From Azolla caroliniana (Eukaryota; Plantae; Polypodiophyta), in contig JBHGNT010000006.1 of assembly GCA_043228905.1 (NCBI GenBank), positions 20,522,001 through 20,586,000 on the forward strand: a stretch of DNA of 64,000 nt. The letters are read 5' to 3'. How positions within the stretch are numbered: the stretch's first letter is position 1; every line of letters begins with the position of its first letter. The position numbers and the translations under genes are program-made. Below, piece after piece: positions 39,107 to 52,299 of the stretch. The notes under the pieces were generated by a model that was given only the letters and a program-made list of their open reading frames with translations, was not told the DNA's origin and searched no databases.

Positions 39107-42100
39107 ACGTTCCGTACTAGATATGGGCACTTCGAGTATACAGTCATGTCAGTCGGTCTCACTAATGCACCAACAGTCTTCTAGCACATGGCAAATGATA
39201 TATTCCAAGATCTCTTGGATGTTTGTTTGATCATCTATTTGGATGATCTACTGGTTTATTCGAAGACCCAAGAAGAGCATGATTCTCATGTATTGTTATT
39301 ACTAAAACGGCTTCGAGAACATTGTCTTTATGCAAAACTAGAAAAATGTAGCTTCGAGTGCAACCGGGTGGAATTTCTTGGCTATGTCATCTCCTCGGAA
39401 GGCATCTCTATGGATACAGCTAAGGTCAAAACTGTGGTAGAGTGGCAAACTCCACATGTTCATTGTAAGATGTGCAATGCTTTTTAGGCTTTGCCAATTT
39501 CTACCACAAGTTTATACATGATTACTCAAAGCTTATTCTGCCTCTCACACAACTTACGAAGAAGGCGCAGTCGTTTTTTTGGTCTAAAGAAGCGGACATG
39601 GCTTTTGAGAGTCTTAAGAAGGCATTTACATCAGCTCCTATTCTAACTCATGTTGATCCGGCAAAACCATTCATCATTGAGGCAGACGCGTCCAATTTCA
39701 CCTTGGGTAGCATTCTTTCACAACAAGGAGATGATGAAAAGCTACATCTTGCAGCTTTCCACTCACGCAAGTTTAACGCCACCGAAATCAACTATGAAAT
39801 TCACCATAAAGAGCTATTAGCAATAGTGGACTCTTTTACGCAATGGAGGCATTTCCTAAAGGGATCTTCTCATCAAGTCACTGTATTCAGTGATCACAAA
39901 AATCTTGCCTACTTCCAGAATGCTCGTGTATTAAATAGACGCCAAGCTCGGTGGGCCCAATTCCTCACTCGTTTCAACTTCAAAATTATATATCGTCTTG
40001 GGAAGCAGCAAGGGAAGGCAGATGTGTTATCGCAGCGCTCGTATCTAGCACTGCGACCTGGTGAGCCAACATTCGATAACCAAAACCAAGTAATCTTGGG
40101 ATCGGCACGACTGCAAGCAATGCGGATTTTCGATATGTCATTGGATTCCCACATTATCGATACCCTATGTGAGGACTTGAAGACAGATGCTTTCGCTCAA
40201 GCCATTCTAGCACAAATTGATCCCTCTCAGGCATCTTGTTCACAATCGTAACAACCAGGTACGGATTATCGACAATTCGAATGTCATGATGGATTACTAT
40301 TCTTTAAGAAACTCGTGTATGTTCCTAATGGTTCTTGTCACCTTCGAGAAGTCAAAAAATGTCAGACACATATAGAGATGGGCATTTTGGTAGTACTAAA
40401 ATGTTAGATTTAGTACAAGGATAATTCTGGTGGCCTCATATGCGACGATTTGTCGAAGATTGTGTTCGGACATGTGATACATGTTGAAGAGCAAAGATGC
40501 CAAGACACCATTCATATGGTTTATTGGAACCATTACCAATTCCAAGCAAGCCGTGGCAATCCATTGCTTTAGATTTCCTCACATATATTCCAGTCTTTAA
40601 GGGATTCAATGCGATCTTAACAGAAGTAGATTGATATACAAAGATGACCCATTTCTTGCCATGTATTAAGGAAATCACTAGTGAAGAAACCGCTGAAACT
40701 GTCATGCGTGATGTATGTCAGCATCATGGCCTCCCTGACAGTATCATCAGCGACCGTGCACCCCAGTTCGTCTCGAAATTCTGGAAGCACCTCTTCAAAA
40801 TGCTCAAGGTCACTTGTAACCTCTCCTCATGCTACCACCCGCAAACAGACGGACAAGCAGAACGAACAAATCAATATGCTTGTTTGATGATAGCTTTGAT
40901 TTGTTCGTTCTTGTGCAGAGGATCGTTTGGAGTGGCTACACAAGATACAGGTGGATTTATCTATTCATTTACAACAAGCTCAACAAACACACAAGGATTA
41001 TGCAGATCGTCATCGGCTTCCATCCAGTTTTAACATTGGAGATCGGGTATGGCTATTACGACGACACATCAAGACTACTCGGCCATGCGATAAATTGGAT
41101 TATTGGCGTCCTTTCCATATTATCAGATAAATTAATGATGTCACTTTTTGTCTCGATCTACCTCCGCAACTACGGATACATCCGATATTTCATAACCCTA
41201 TTAGGAAAGCTCTATCCTAGGTCGTATCAAACCACCTCCACCCCCGACCGAACTTGAAGATGGACTTGAGTACAAGGTTGCCACCATCCTCGATTACAAT
41301 ATTGTTCGCAACAAGCTCTACTATTTGGTCAATTGGCTAGGATATAGTCCCAACGAGCGTACTTGGGAACCAATAGAGAATGTGACCAATGCTCGTGCTC
41401 TTCTCATCCTCAATCCAGAACAATTGTAACACTCGTCATTTTAAAGGGGGGATAGTGTCATGATATGCCAAGATTCAAACCCATGACCTTATGTTAAATG
41501 GGTCGAGCCCTTGCCATTAGACTATACATTGTAATACGAAGGATATTATTTTCATTAATTATTTCACTATAGAAAATTGATGTATATTCCAGATTTCTTT
41601 GGAACATTCTAGAAACTTTAGGAGTACTCCTGAAAACACTATATAAGGAGGCACAAGGCATTATTTCGAACCAAATCGATTCAACGCCAGTCTTAAGCCT
41701 CCTAGCTACTACTGTATATTCTCTTCACATAATATATATCTTTTGTTATCATCATTCTCTCTCTCTCTCTCTCCCTCTTTCCCTTTCTCGAGAGTTCTAC
41801 ACCTCTCTTAGTACTAATCGTCATCTTTTAGTACTAATTATTTCTCTGTCTTAATATTGTTCCTGACAAGATTCTTCAACCTGAGCGCTTGGTCGGTCGA
41901 CATTCTGTGAACTCTTGTCCAATGGAGATTTATTTGGGGATATCTGCTCTAGCAATGATATTGCTTATGTGTTAGATCTACCCCTTCCTCATGAGTATTT
42001 GAATAGTGAGTTGGTGCCTTGGCCGGTTTGGATCGGTCATTTGGCATTGTGGCTGATTCAGCCCTGGTCATTTTCTAGCCGATTGGAATTCGGCTATTGA

Positions 42101-44225
42101 ACCATTTGCCGATTCAAGTTCGGCTAGGGGTTTTTGACTGAATCAGGTTCGACATACGACATTTTAGCCTCTGAATCACATTGGGAGAGATCAAAACTAA
42201 CTCTCTTGCCAATTCGGGGTTGTGTTTGGCCCAATATGATCGAGTCTTCATTGAAGACCACGTCACTACTCCGAATTAATTTCTAGTTCTCTAGATCCCA
42301 TAGCTTGTAGCTAAATTCCCTGACCGTGAACTCTATCGCATTTAGGACTTGTCCAGATCTCCTCAGTGTTGAATTGTTAGGTTCACATTCTTCGACCTAC
42401 AGCCATGTTGGATCCAATATATGCATCTCGTTTATTTTTGCTCTCCGTACTTAGAATATGCTTTCATTTTGTTTACATCCCACTCTTTCTAATGTGTGCA
42501 TAGATTTAAAGTTCCTGAGCGCTTGGTCAGTCAGCATTCTGTGAACTCTTGTCCAATGGAGATTTATTTGGGGATATCCGCTCTAGCAATGATATTGCTT
42601 ATGTGTTGGATCTACCCCTTTCTTGGGAGTATTCGAATAGTGAGTTGGTGCCTTGGCTGGTTTGGATCGATCATTTGGCATTGTGGATGATTTGGCCCTG
42701 GTCATTTTCTAGCCGATTGGAAATCGGCTATTCAACCATTTGCCAATTCAGGTTTGGCTAGGGGTTGTTGACTGAATCAAGTTCGACATACAACATTTTA
42801 GCCTCTGAATCACATTGGGAGAGATCAAAACTAACTCTCTTGCCGATTCGGGGTTGTGTTCGGCCCGAGATGATCGAGTCTTCATTGAAGACCATGTCAC
42901 TACTCTGGATTAATTTCTGGTTCTCTGGATCCCATAGCCTGTAGTTGAATTCCTTGTCCGTCCCGTATTTGAGAAAAATTCATTTTGTAGAATGGGGTAC
43001 TAGCTTGATCCGTTTCTCCCTTGGTATGTATGTGTATGCATCAAACCCGAATATGTGAAGCCGATTGTAGGGCGGCTACTTTCCTGACCATAGCACATGT
43101 GGCACTTGAAGCCTAATTGCTTTTGATGGCCATAGATTTATCAAATACATAGCCATATCCAATGCTTTTGCCCAGAACTCCAGCTTCAGTCCTGCTTACT
43201 GGAGCATTGTCGTCACTCGTTCTTGGATTGTCTAGTTCATCCGTTCCACTACACCATTTTGCATCGGGGAGTATGGATCGTCCTTTGGTGCCAGATCCCT
43301 TTTTCAGACAAGTACTTGGTGAAGGCGTTGGAGGTATATTCCCCTTTGTCGTCCAATTGTAGCATTTTCACTTTGTAACCGAATCAGGTTTCGACTTCCA
43401 TCAGCCACCGAGTGAAAATCTCAAGCGCTTCATTCTTGGACTTAATTGAGTAAGCCCAAAATTTACATGTACAATCATCAATGAATGTGATGAAGTACCA
43501 TGAGCCTCCTAGAGATCTTTTGGGCATTATCCCGTAAATATCTATATGGATCAATTCTTGGGGTTGTCGTACCGTCTAAGCCCATAGATATCTGGCAACG
43601 TTAATTTGGTTGCCGGATGGGGTGCGATTAGATTCGGAAGAGCTTGCATCCCAATCTAATTTACGACCCTTTTTGTTTATCGACAAACCATCATCAATAT
43701 TATGGTCAGCCTTTCTACAATGTGTGCAGAAGGCATTTCACTTGCCATTCCATGACTTCGACTGTGGAAATTCATTTCTCCTCCTCGTCTAGCTTTGATC
43801 ATAGTTGGTCTTTTGAGCCATTCCTCTAGAGAAGTGTGCTTCGACATTGTCGTTGATGGTGAGTCCCATCGACTTTCTTCGAAGGTCTTCTTATAAGATC
43901 TATCTGATTCCTTCGTCAAGCATCAGCTTCGCCGAACTGTTCGTGACAGTCGTGCAAAAGACATCCCAACTTGCCACGAGACTCGAAAGGAGTGCAAGGG
44001 CTTTAATTTCCTTTGCAAAGTTCAATACTTGTGAGGAGAGTTCGGTCAACACCGAATTGAACGTGTTGATAGGAGAGGTTGTCGGCTCGGTTTCATTCAT
44101 CTTCATATTGAAAAATTGTTGAATCAATATAAGTCTTGACGAGCTCAACGTCTTTTCGTATACGGCTTGTAGCTTCTCCCACATGGCAAATGTCATCATC
44201 TCTTTACCCATATGGAAGTAGACGT

Positions 44226-44811
44226 TGTCGTGAAGATTTTCTGCAACAGTGTGAAAATTGTGTGCAACAAACGAAATCAAGAAGGTGCAATGTGCATGTG
44301 AGAAAGGGGTGAAGGCCACACGCATATGTTAGCATGTTGTAAATAGTACTGAAATGAGAATCGTAAAAGAAATGCTAGATGTAAAGTTAAACATGTGCAC
44401 ATGTGATGTGCGCTCAATTGTAAATATAAAATATAAGACTAAAGCCTATATTTTCTTTTCATATTCAGTATTTTGTAGGAAGCAAACATATAGAAACCGT
44501 GGGCACAAAACCATGGTTTTTGCATGGAGAGGCCTATAAAAGCCTATACTTGGGCTTGTGTAAGGGAGGGAAGTGATGTATGTAAAAAAAGAAACTCTTA
44601 ATCAAAGATCGGAGTTATCCTAATGGTGATGTATCTTGTCTCGTAAAATTAAAGTCAAGGGTTCAATCTCTCTCTCTCTCTCTCTCTCTCTTCATCCATC
44701 TATCTATCTTCAATACTTTCTCGCTTATGCTGCTAAAAACATTGAATCCTTCCAGTCCAGGACCCCGGTGGTCTCGCTTCATTTCGCAAACACACGAGGA
44801 TTTCCTCGACA
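44226..44811. mobile_element. Solo LTR nested in the Copia gag
   Basis: TGTCG..CGACA termini; 4-bp TSD ACGT/ACGC; internal CCTATAAAAG; removing it restores HLAE(S/N)VYFHM. Confidence 0.88.
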
Positions 44812-45309
44812 ACGCTTTCGGCCAAGTGCATTCAAATGGTCAATCTAACTATTTCGTCAAGGGATTGCCATTCGTCAGTTGTCATCGTTGCCATCCTAGA
44901 GTTGTGCCGAATTGTCTCGATTTGGCGTCAGATGATCCAGAGGGCAAAATTTTTGCCATCAAACTTACGTATTTTGCAGCCGGTTTCGGATGTCGAAACC
45001 ATGGTTCTAATGGAGATACAAAGAGGTTTAGGCACCATACAAGAGATGGAGATTAGGGTTTGGCTCAGTTCACACTTAACCCTAATTTCTCTTAGCTCTA
45101 ATGAAGGCTTAGGGAGATAGAAGAGGAGTTCTAATGGAACATTGGAAGGATAAATCTCAAGAATGGAGAAGGGCTACAAAAGACACCAAAAGGTGGCTTT
45201 TATAGCCTTTTACAAAGTGGTGTGCTTTTCTTCCACATTAGATTATCCCTCGGACTACATTGCGTCCTATTTGTTTTCTTCTATCCCCCCTTTCCTATGG
45301 CTAGTTGAG

Positions 45310-46535
45310 CTCTTTATCATTCATTGGTGCCACATTCTCCAAGACCGTTTTGTTAAGTGTCAAATTCTTAACAATAACTTCATCCAATTGTGTCCTCCAC
45401 ATGTCGAGGAATGTCTCCACACCTTCATTTTCTTTTAATTTTAGAGAAGTGAGTTTCTTGAGATGAGTTAGTACCTGTTTTGGTAAGTCAATATGTGAGT
45501 ATTTCATCTTTATAATTTCCCACATTGCATTTGCTAATTGTTGATTTTCCAAAATGTGAAGTTGCTTGTTTGCAACATTCAATATAATCTCTGATTGTGC
45601 AAAATTGTCATTAGCACCAGGATATTTTTCAAAGCCTTTGATGACATCCTACAGATCTAGTCTTTTGAGATAACTCTCCACTTTTACTCTCCAAGCGTGG
45701 TAGTTTGTATGATTTAATTTTTCGAGGCGGATTGATCAACACACCATTGTAGTCACCAATTGCCTTGGTGGTGTAGTTGTTGTTGGAGTGTCATGTGATG
45801 TAACACTTGGTGTTGGGCTCGCCATTGAATTATGAGAGAGAGATTTTCTCACTAAGTGACCTTGTTGTCTGGATCAAGAGAACCAAGGAATTGGTATGCA
45901 ATCTTCGTGATTTCTAAGGCTTGAGTGCTATCTGATACCATGTGTTAATAGAAGAAACAAAAGATAAGAGCATACAATGAATGATGAAATGATGGAATTG
46001 TATTAAGCGGAATAATGATTCTAACACTTATGATGAGTGTTTACACAAAACTTGGTGTTAAACCATATTTGTACTAATCACAAATGTGTCTTTTCATGAA
46101 GAGGTGTCTCATCATGTTGGTGCTATTTGATACCATGTGATAATAGAAGAAACAAAAGATAAGAGCATACAATGAATTATGAAATGATGGAATTGTATTA
46201 AGCGGAATAATGATTCTAACACTTATGATGAGTGTTTACACAAAACTTGGTGTTAAACCATATTTGTACTAATCACAAATGTGTCTTTTCATGAAGAGGT
46301 GTCTCATCATGTTGGTGTCTTTTCACATTATGCAACTCCAAGAGTTGCATTTTTTATTCATTAGTAAATAATTAATTAATGTTCGCATTTATTATTGTTC
46401 ATAACGACAATTTAAAAACGTCGTTAAGATAGTTAAAACTTCATAATAATGTTACATAATGTATAAAGGTCATTCATATATTTAAGGAATATTGCAAAAA
46501 TGTCCCAAAAAACATTAAGTTGTTCCTTTTAATCA
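45310..46535 (-). mobile_element. Truncated Copia 5' end: LTR (~45941-46535), tRNA-iMet PBS, gag; includes a 195-bp tandem duplication spanning the PBS/LTR junction
   Basis: PBS TGGTATCAGA at 45931-45940 (minus); gag LEKLNHTNYHAWRVKVESYL...AMWEII; duplication 45925-46119 / 46120-46314. The outer LTR end is approximate. Confidence 0.75.
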
Positions 46536-48894
46536 GGTAAAGGCTCAAATTGAACCAAAATGAATCAATGAACCCCCCAATCCAAACCAAACCCCAAATT
46601 GAAATGTTTACAAATTTCTAAACATGAATGGAACTAATTAAGGCATCTATAACTGAGTTAAAATCTTCCATTGTTCACTTATCACAAAGGAGAGACAAAG
46701 AAGATTGGTCTCAAGTGTAGGTGTTAATTTATAGACAAGAATATTTATGCTTGAACTCTAAGTCTCATTAAAAGTTGTTAGGATCATCCGGATTTGACAA
46801 ATGCAAACCCTTATTTGACATAATGAAATCACACTTTGATTTGATGTGTTAGAGTCTAACGAATTATTTAAGCAGAGCATAAGCATTTATAGACCAAAGA
46901 AAGAAAAATGCAGAGCCAAACCATCTTATCACCCCCTAACAATGGTGTGAGATGGACTCCGACCTCCTCAATGTCCCACACCATCAAATGTTGATGCTAG
47001 TATTTGTTGGTATTACAGTGCATCTATCAACATTGATTACCTAACATACAAAACTAAAATTGTGATTCCTCAACAATTCCCTATGGTCAAGGTGACCTAA
47101 TATATGCCCAAATATTGGGCATGGAAACCCAATCGTGACTTATGCAACTTTAAGCCTAAAGGAGATATCATGCACAGTTTTTGTGTTAGGCCGCACATGT
47201 AATGTTCCATTACCCTATTTAGGGCATTGATATTTTATTATTGCCATCACCTCCTTTTGTACTCGATATATGTACTTACCCAATTGTGGTATACTTTGTG
47301 AACAACAATACCTTGATTGTGTTTCCCTTTCTGATCGTAAGCTTCTACTATTGTGGTGTAGCATATGGTTCGATCTAAGTGGATAAAAATATTGTTTTCA
47401 TCATGGTCACTCGATGAACAAAATATGAGTAGATCTCTAGTCTCACATGATCACCCTAATAAGCTACCTGAGATCATGTAATATATAAAATTATCACCAA
47501 AATTATACACTAGAACCTAGATGTGATTAAATAAACTATTGTGAATCATGGTAAAGATATCGTAAGTAGATTGGCAAACATATCGAGATTGACTTGATTG
47601 ATTTTTTAGTATTGTTATGGTAGTGTATTTTGTTCATCAACAAAAGCTCAATTATCATTTGGGGGAAGACTAACACCACATTTTTTATTTTACTAGGTTC
47701 CACCACCATGGCATGTCTACAGCATACACGAAATTCTAGAGAAGTTTGAATTGACTTATCATAATGGTTAACCATCGTTAGATGCACAAGGAATCCGAAG
47801 AGCGATCTTGTATACACAAACACAAAGTGACGCATTTGCGCATGTAACATTGGGTTCAGTTTGAAAAATCCAATCGCCGATGAAAGTAGGAAAATGTTAA
47901 AAACAATGATAAGGTACAACTAAGCTATATGTAAATACATGCCTTCTTACCTGCGTGGAAAAAGAGATGTCAAGAAAGGAGCATCTTATATCTAATGGAT
48001 GGAGAGGGTGGGCTATTTAATACCTAAAGATTTATTGGCATGATATGGGGTGTAAAAAAACCCATAGGATTTTTAGGTGGTTGTTTCCATATTAGTTAAG
48101 TTGCAATGACACCCAAATCAAAGCCCCAAACAAAATAAAAATTAGGGCTTGAACTTGAGACTTAGATTCAAAGCTAGGGTACATTTCGAAGCATTTGCAT
48201 TGGAGCCATGCATCTAAACGTGTACATCAAGTGTATCACAATTGAACAAGTAGGTATATTGGGCACCATGCAACATAATCAATACACTCAACTTAAGAGT
48301 AAATGAATCGATTGGGCAATAATGGCAGGATAAGATCTTATGCTATTAATCGTGGCTTCGATCTTTAGTTTAGTTAGCACATTAGACGCCCTCCTATGTT
48401 TGACACAAAGCCCCATGCGAGGCATGTACAACCCAGAAAATTCTCCCCACGTTTTCTAATGTGAAGTCATGCCAGATCTCTCTATTTGGACGCCGAATCA
48501 AGATTGGGTTGGCTTTCCTAAAGACGTGCAAACGCGGCTCTCTAAAAAACAGGCCATGCTAAGAACAAGTGGCAATGCTCCTTCTGATGATGACCACATT
48601 GGGACTGACTACTGACTACTGCTACTACTGCACGTAGAAAACTACCAACATGATCACACACACACAAACCCCGAGGTTCGAGGATGATTGTGCGATACAT
48701 GAATATCCGATTTTGTCCGCGGTGGGCCAAATGCAGGTTATGAGAAGCGAGCTGCCCGCGGGTCGGTTGTATATTAGGCCGAGTGTGGAAGGAGGCATTG
48801 TCCGGACAAAATCCTTCTATGTGTGGTGTCCAGGTGTGAAAGCAAAAAGCTTTCAGGCCGTGTGTGGAAAGGAAGCATTGTCCGGACAAAATCC

Positions 48895-48927
<33 letters not shown>

Positions 48928-49462
48928 TGTTCAAGTGTGAAACCAGAGTATGGAAGAACTGAGTCTGAGACTGTTAGGTCCAAAACCCTAAACTCTGTCT
49001 GTGTCTGTGTCTGTGACTGTGACTCTGTGCTCTGTGGATGTGTATGTAGGCCCCTCCACCATGAAACAAAAGAAAGAAACCCTATTTAATGGGTTATACA
49101 GTTAAAAATAAGGTTAAGCAAAAAACAAAACTGATGTGTGTATGTCTACTCTACTTAAATGCTGTTTTCAGTTTTAAGTTCTCTGCTTCTCTGTGGCCCC
49201 AATCAAAACCAAAATACCAGAAACTGTGTTTGATTTGCAAAACAGTTTCTGTAAATGCAATGACTGCATGTTGATGATGAATGCATGCATGCATGCAACT
49301 TTAGAAATCGAAGCTATGATTATTGTCATGGTGATGATTGATTGATGATGATGATGATGAAGAAGACGAAGATGATGATGAAGATGATGATGATGATGAT
49401 GGCGATGGCGATGATTCTTTGATGATGATATGTAAGCAGTAAGAGTACAGTGCCATCGCTTC

Positions 49463-50931
49463 ATGATGATTGATCATCATGTCCATCGTCTGTCTATTCA
49501 AGGCGAAGAAGAGCAGGGAGAGTGCAGGCCTCGCAAGCAGAAAAGCTTAGATCGATCCATGGCCATGGCCTCCTTCTCCTTCTCCTCCTCTACCCTTCAT
49601 GCTACTAGCCAAGCCCATCACCGCGACTGCAGAATTCCCAGAAAAGTTTTATTCACCAATTCTCCCCCCATGGATCAAGACCTAGTAGCCATGGATATGG
49701 CGACTAGCCCTCCTGCCAATCGTATCATTCTCCACTCCACCTCTTCTTCTTCTTCTTCTTCTGCTTCTGCTTCTGCTTCTTCTGCTTCCTCCTCCTCCAC
49801 GTCTGAGGAAGACGAGATCCGCCATACCTTCTGCCGCACCCTTCCCACATACAATTCGCTCACTGTAAATCGCAGCGGCGGCGGTTCTTCCTCCTCCTCC
49901 TCCTCCAAAGAATTCCTGCTTACCAAGCTGGAGAAGCGCTCTGATCTGCACCTCCGCTCCGCCTCCATGAGAGAGCCCTGCGCAGCTCTGTGCAGGAGGA
50001 GCTCTGTGAATGCGGATCAGGACCTGGAATCCACGAACTTAGAGGCTGTCAAGCGCGTGCTGCGATCTGCATACCTCAGGCCATCTTCTCTGACGGGGCA
50101 AAACGGTAGTCCCTGTAGCACCACCATGGCCAGGTATAATTCTGTGTGGGAGACATCTGTGCGGAAGAGTCCAGCCGAGAAGAGATGGGAGGAGGCAGAA
50201 GAGATGGAGATGATGAAGATGAAGAAGATGCAGGAAGAGGAGGAGATGGCGAGGTCCACGAATGAGCGGCGGCAGAGGCGGCGCCGCCTGCAGAATCCAG
50301 CCGGGCTTTTGAATCAGAGATCGCAGTCCATGAGATTGGACAACCATATCTCACCTGGCCTTAGCGGCTGCGCGCAGATGAAGCAGAGAGACTGGAGATG
50401 GGAAGCAAAATCCGAGGCAGGACATGGCGGTGCGAGAACAGCAGCTGCTGCAGTGAAAGAACAGGAAGAGGAGAACACTCTAGGCTCGCAGCAGCAGCAG
50501 AAGAAGAAGGGAGGAGTAATCATGGCGATGGATCCAAGAAGTGGCGGCGATGGAAGGGATGCTGCAGGGATTAAGGATGGATACGCGGTGGCGCAGCAGG
50601 GAGCAGCGGGACAGAGACAGCAGCGATCGTCTGTGCTTCGGGCCATGTCCATGTCGATGCGAGCAGGAGAAAGCTCGGCGTCTGATCCGGCTATGGGGTA
50701 CATTGTCCTGGGATGTGCGATCTGTGGGGCGGCGGAGGCTCCTCTGGTTGGGCCACCAGTAGTAGCAGGCGCCATGGCTCCTGCTCTTCCTCCTCCTCCT
50801 CCTCCTCCGCCGCCGCCGCCGCCGCCAGGTTGCGGGCACTGCACATGCAGGTGTGGGAATCAAGAGCAGGCCAAAGATCACAGCCATGGCGTTCTTCCTG
50901 CAGAAGAGGCGATGGCGGCAGCACCATCAAT

Positions 50932-50964
<33 letters not shown>

Positions 50965-51088
50965 GGCGGCGAAATCAGGGGTGAAGAAGAAGGCAGGGGG
51001 TAGTCCAAGCGTCGGCGGCGGGAGGCTTCTGGGGGCCTGCCGCCGCATGCTGGGGCAGCTGGCCTTCAGATCGAAGCGGATCCCATGA
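49463..51088 (+). CDS. Intronless low-complexity protein of unknown function (up to 541 aa; true start uncertain)
   Basis: Long GC-rich ORF whose trinucleotide runs (poly-S, poly-P, poly-Q) stay in frame; no TE domains; family not recognised. Confidence 0.75.
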
Positions 51089-51479
51089 AGCTCACTCAAG
51101 AATATGAAGCCGCCATAGCTAAATTCCTGCATTCTCTGCTCTGTTCTGTTCTGCCCTGTTCTGTTCTGTTCTGTTCTGTTCTGTAAGTGGTACATAATAA
51201 CACTTTGGTTCTTTGTTTGGATATTGGCCTTCCATTTTGGGCCCCCAATCATTGTACTTGTACTTGCAAATACCAAATAGATGGTCTTTTTCTTCTTCAT
51301 ACATATTATGAAGAAGAAGAAGAAGAAGATGCTCCCCGAGTACACACATGAGATGGGCGACCACGACCCGGCCATTTGGACGTTGAACCCGTCCCCCCGC
51401 CCCTTTCGGACACCCAACAACACTTTCCGCACGAATCCGCCTCCTTGTGAAGATTTAACAACTATCGAGCCACACGACA

Positions 51480-51693
51480 AAGAGAGAAAGAAAGAAAGAA
51501 AGATGTATTTAGCGTCTTCTAAGAGCCACACGACAAAGAGAGAGAGAGAGAAAGAAAGAAAGAAAGATGTATTTAGCGTCTTCTAAGACCACATTCGCAT
51601 CCTTGTGAACATTAACAACCATCAAGTTCCATGAAGACGAGAGAAAGAAAGAAAGATGCATTTATTGTCTTCTAAGACCGCATTTGGCCCATG
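51480..51693 (-). repeat. Three partial tandem copies of a LINE/SINE-like 3' tail
   Basis: AAAGAAAGAAAGATG(T/C)ATTTA..GTCTTCTAAG three times; same motif as 13812-13876. Confidence 0.6.
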
Positions 51694-51968
51694 AAAGAAA
51701 GAGACAAAGAGAGAGGAGTTGTCCATCGCCTTTTTTGGGCTATCGATTGCAAGCTCGATTAGCCTGGTACTTCTCTCTTATAGGCGTTCTTTGTATTGTG
51801 CCCGCCTTATAGGCCTCGTCGATGAATCTTGTGGCTCTGAATCTGTAGCTACATCGAGTACACAGTTGAAATCGTCTTACCGAACCGAGAGCTCATAACT
51901 CATGACCTTGGTTGTCATAGTGCTTTTGTCCATGTTACATCAGCCATGTTACATCAGCCACACACTTA

Positions 51969-52024
<56 letters not shown>

Positions 52025-52299
52025 ATATGTCTCGAATAAGAAATGTTTTTTGACATGCTTCCCAACTTCAAGAGAAGTGTAGTTGACTTTTTTTTATGAA
52101 AGAATGTGATGCATCCATGTGAACACAATTCACAAGTACTTATGCTTGTACATTTTGCAACTAGAAACTCACACATTGAGAGATATATTATGCAATCTTG
52201 CTATGACGAACCATTATTATACGCAAACGAGGTGAACTGGTAAAGATGTGAAAGCAAATTTGGAGGATTTGAATTATGTCATTCTTAAGGTAAGGTAAT

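Larger units (their letters stand above)
36391..41868 (+). mobile_element. Chromovirus-type Gypsy, 3' part: gag end, protease, RT, RNaseH, integrase, chromodomain, PPT, 3' LTR 41456-41868
   Basis: Motifs LPHHRPYDCPIDL, KIDLRGAYNLV, YLDDLLVYS, EADAS..LGSILSQ, YHPQTDGQAERTNQ; chromodomain EYKVATILD..YYLVNWLGY..TWEPIENV; PPT AAAGGGGGGGATAG; LTR TGTCA..TGACA. Confidence 0.92.
33984..42960. repeat. Three ~500-bp tandem copies of the Copia integrase-RT linker (~33984-34412, ~41869-42327, ~42328-42960)
   Basis: TGAGCGCTTGGTC.GTC..CATTCTGTGAACTCTTG...GATCGAGTCTTCATTGAAGACCA occurs three times; copies 1 and 2 are separated by the nested Gypsy block. Confidence 0.9.
31695..44990 (-). mobile_element. 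Degenerate Ty1/Copia element hosting nested insertions; 3' LTR 31695-32017; RT/RNaseH ~32400-33950; integrase ~42950-43560; gag ~43900-44990
   Basis: LTR TGTTG..CAACA with PPT TGGGGGAGTT. Motifs LILYVDD, STSGYIFT..GGAISWRSKLQ, YFITFIDDC, MWEKLQAVYE, FDGKNFALW. No 5' LTR found. Confidence 0.9.

Noticed and set aside
34413-41868. Single intact Gypsy element
   Set aside because: The LTRs are non-homologous, there is no TSD, and gag and pol come from different lineages.
49675-51531. Antisense and alternate-frame ORFs over the 541-aa gene
   Set aside because: Expected shadow ORFs of GC-rich, trinucleotide-repeat coding DNA.
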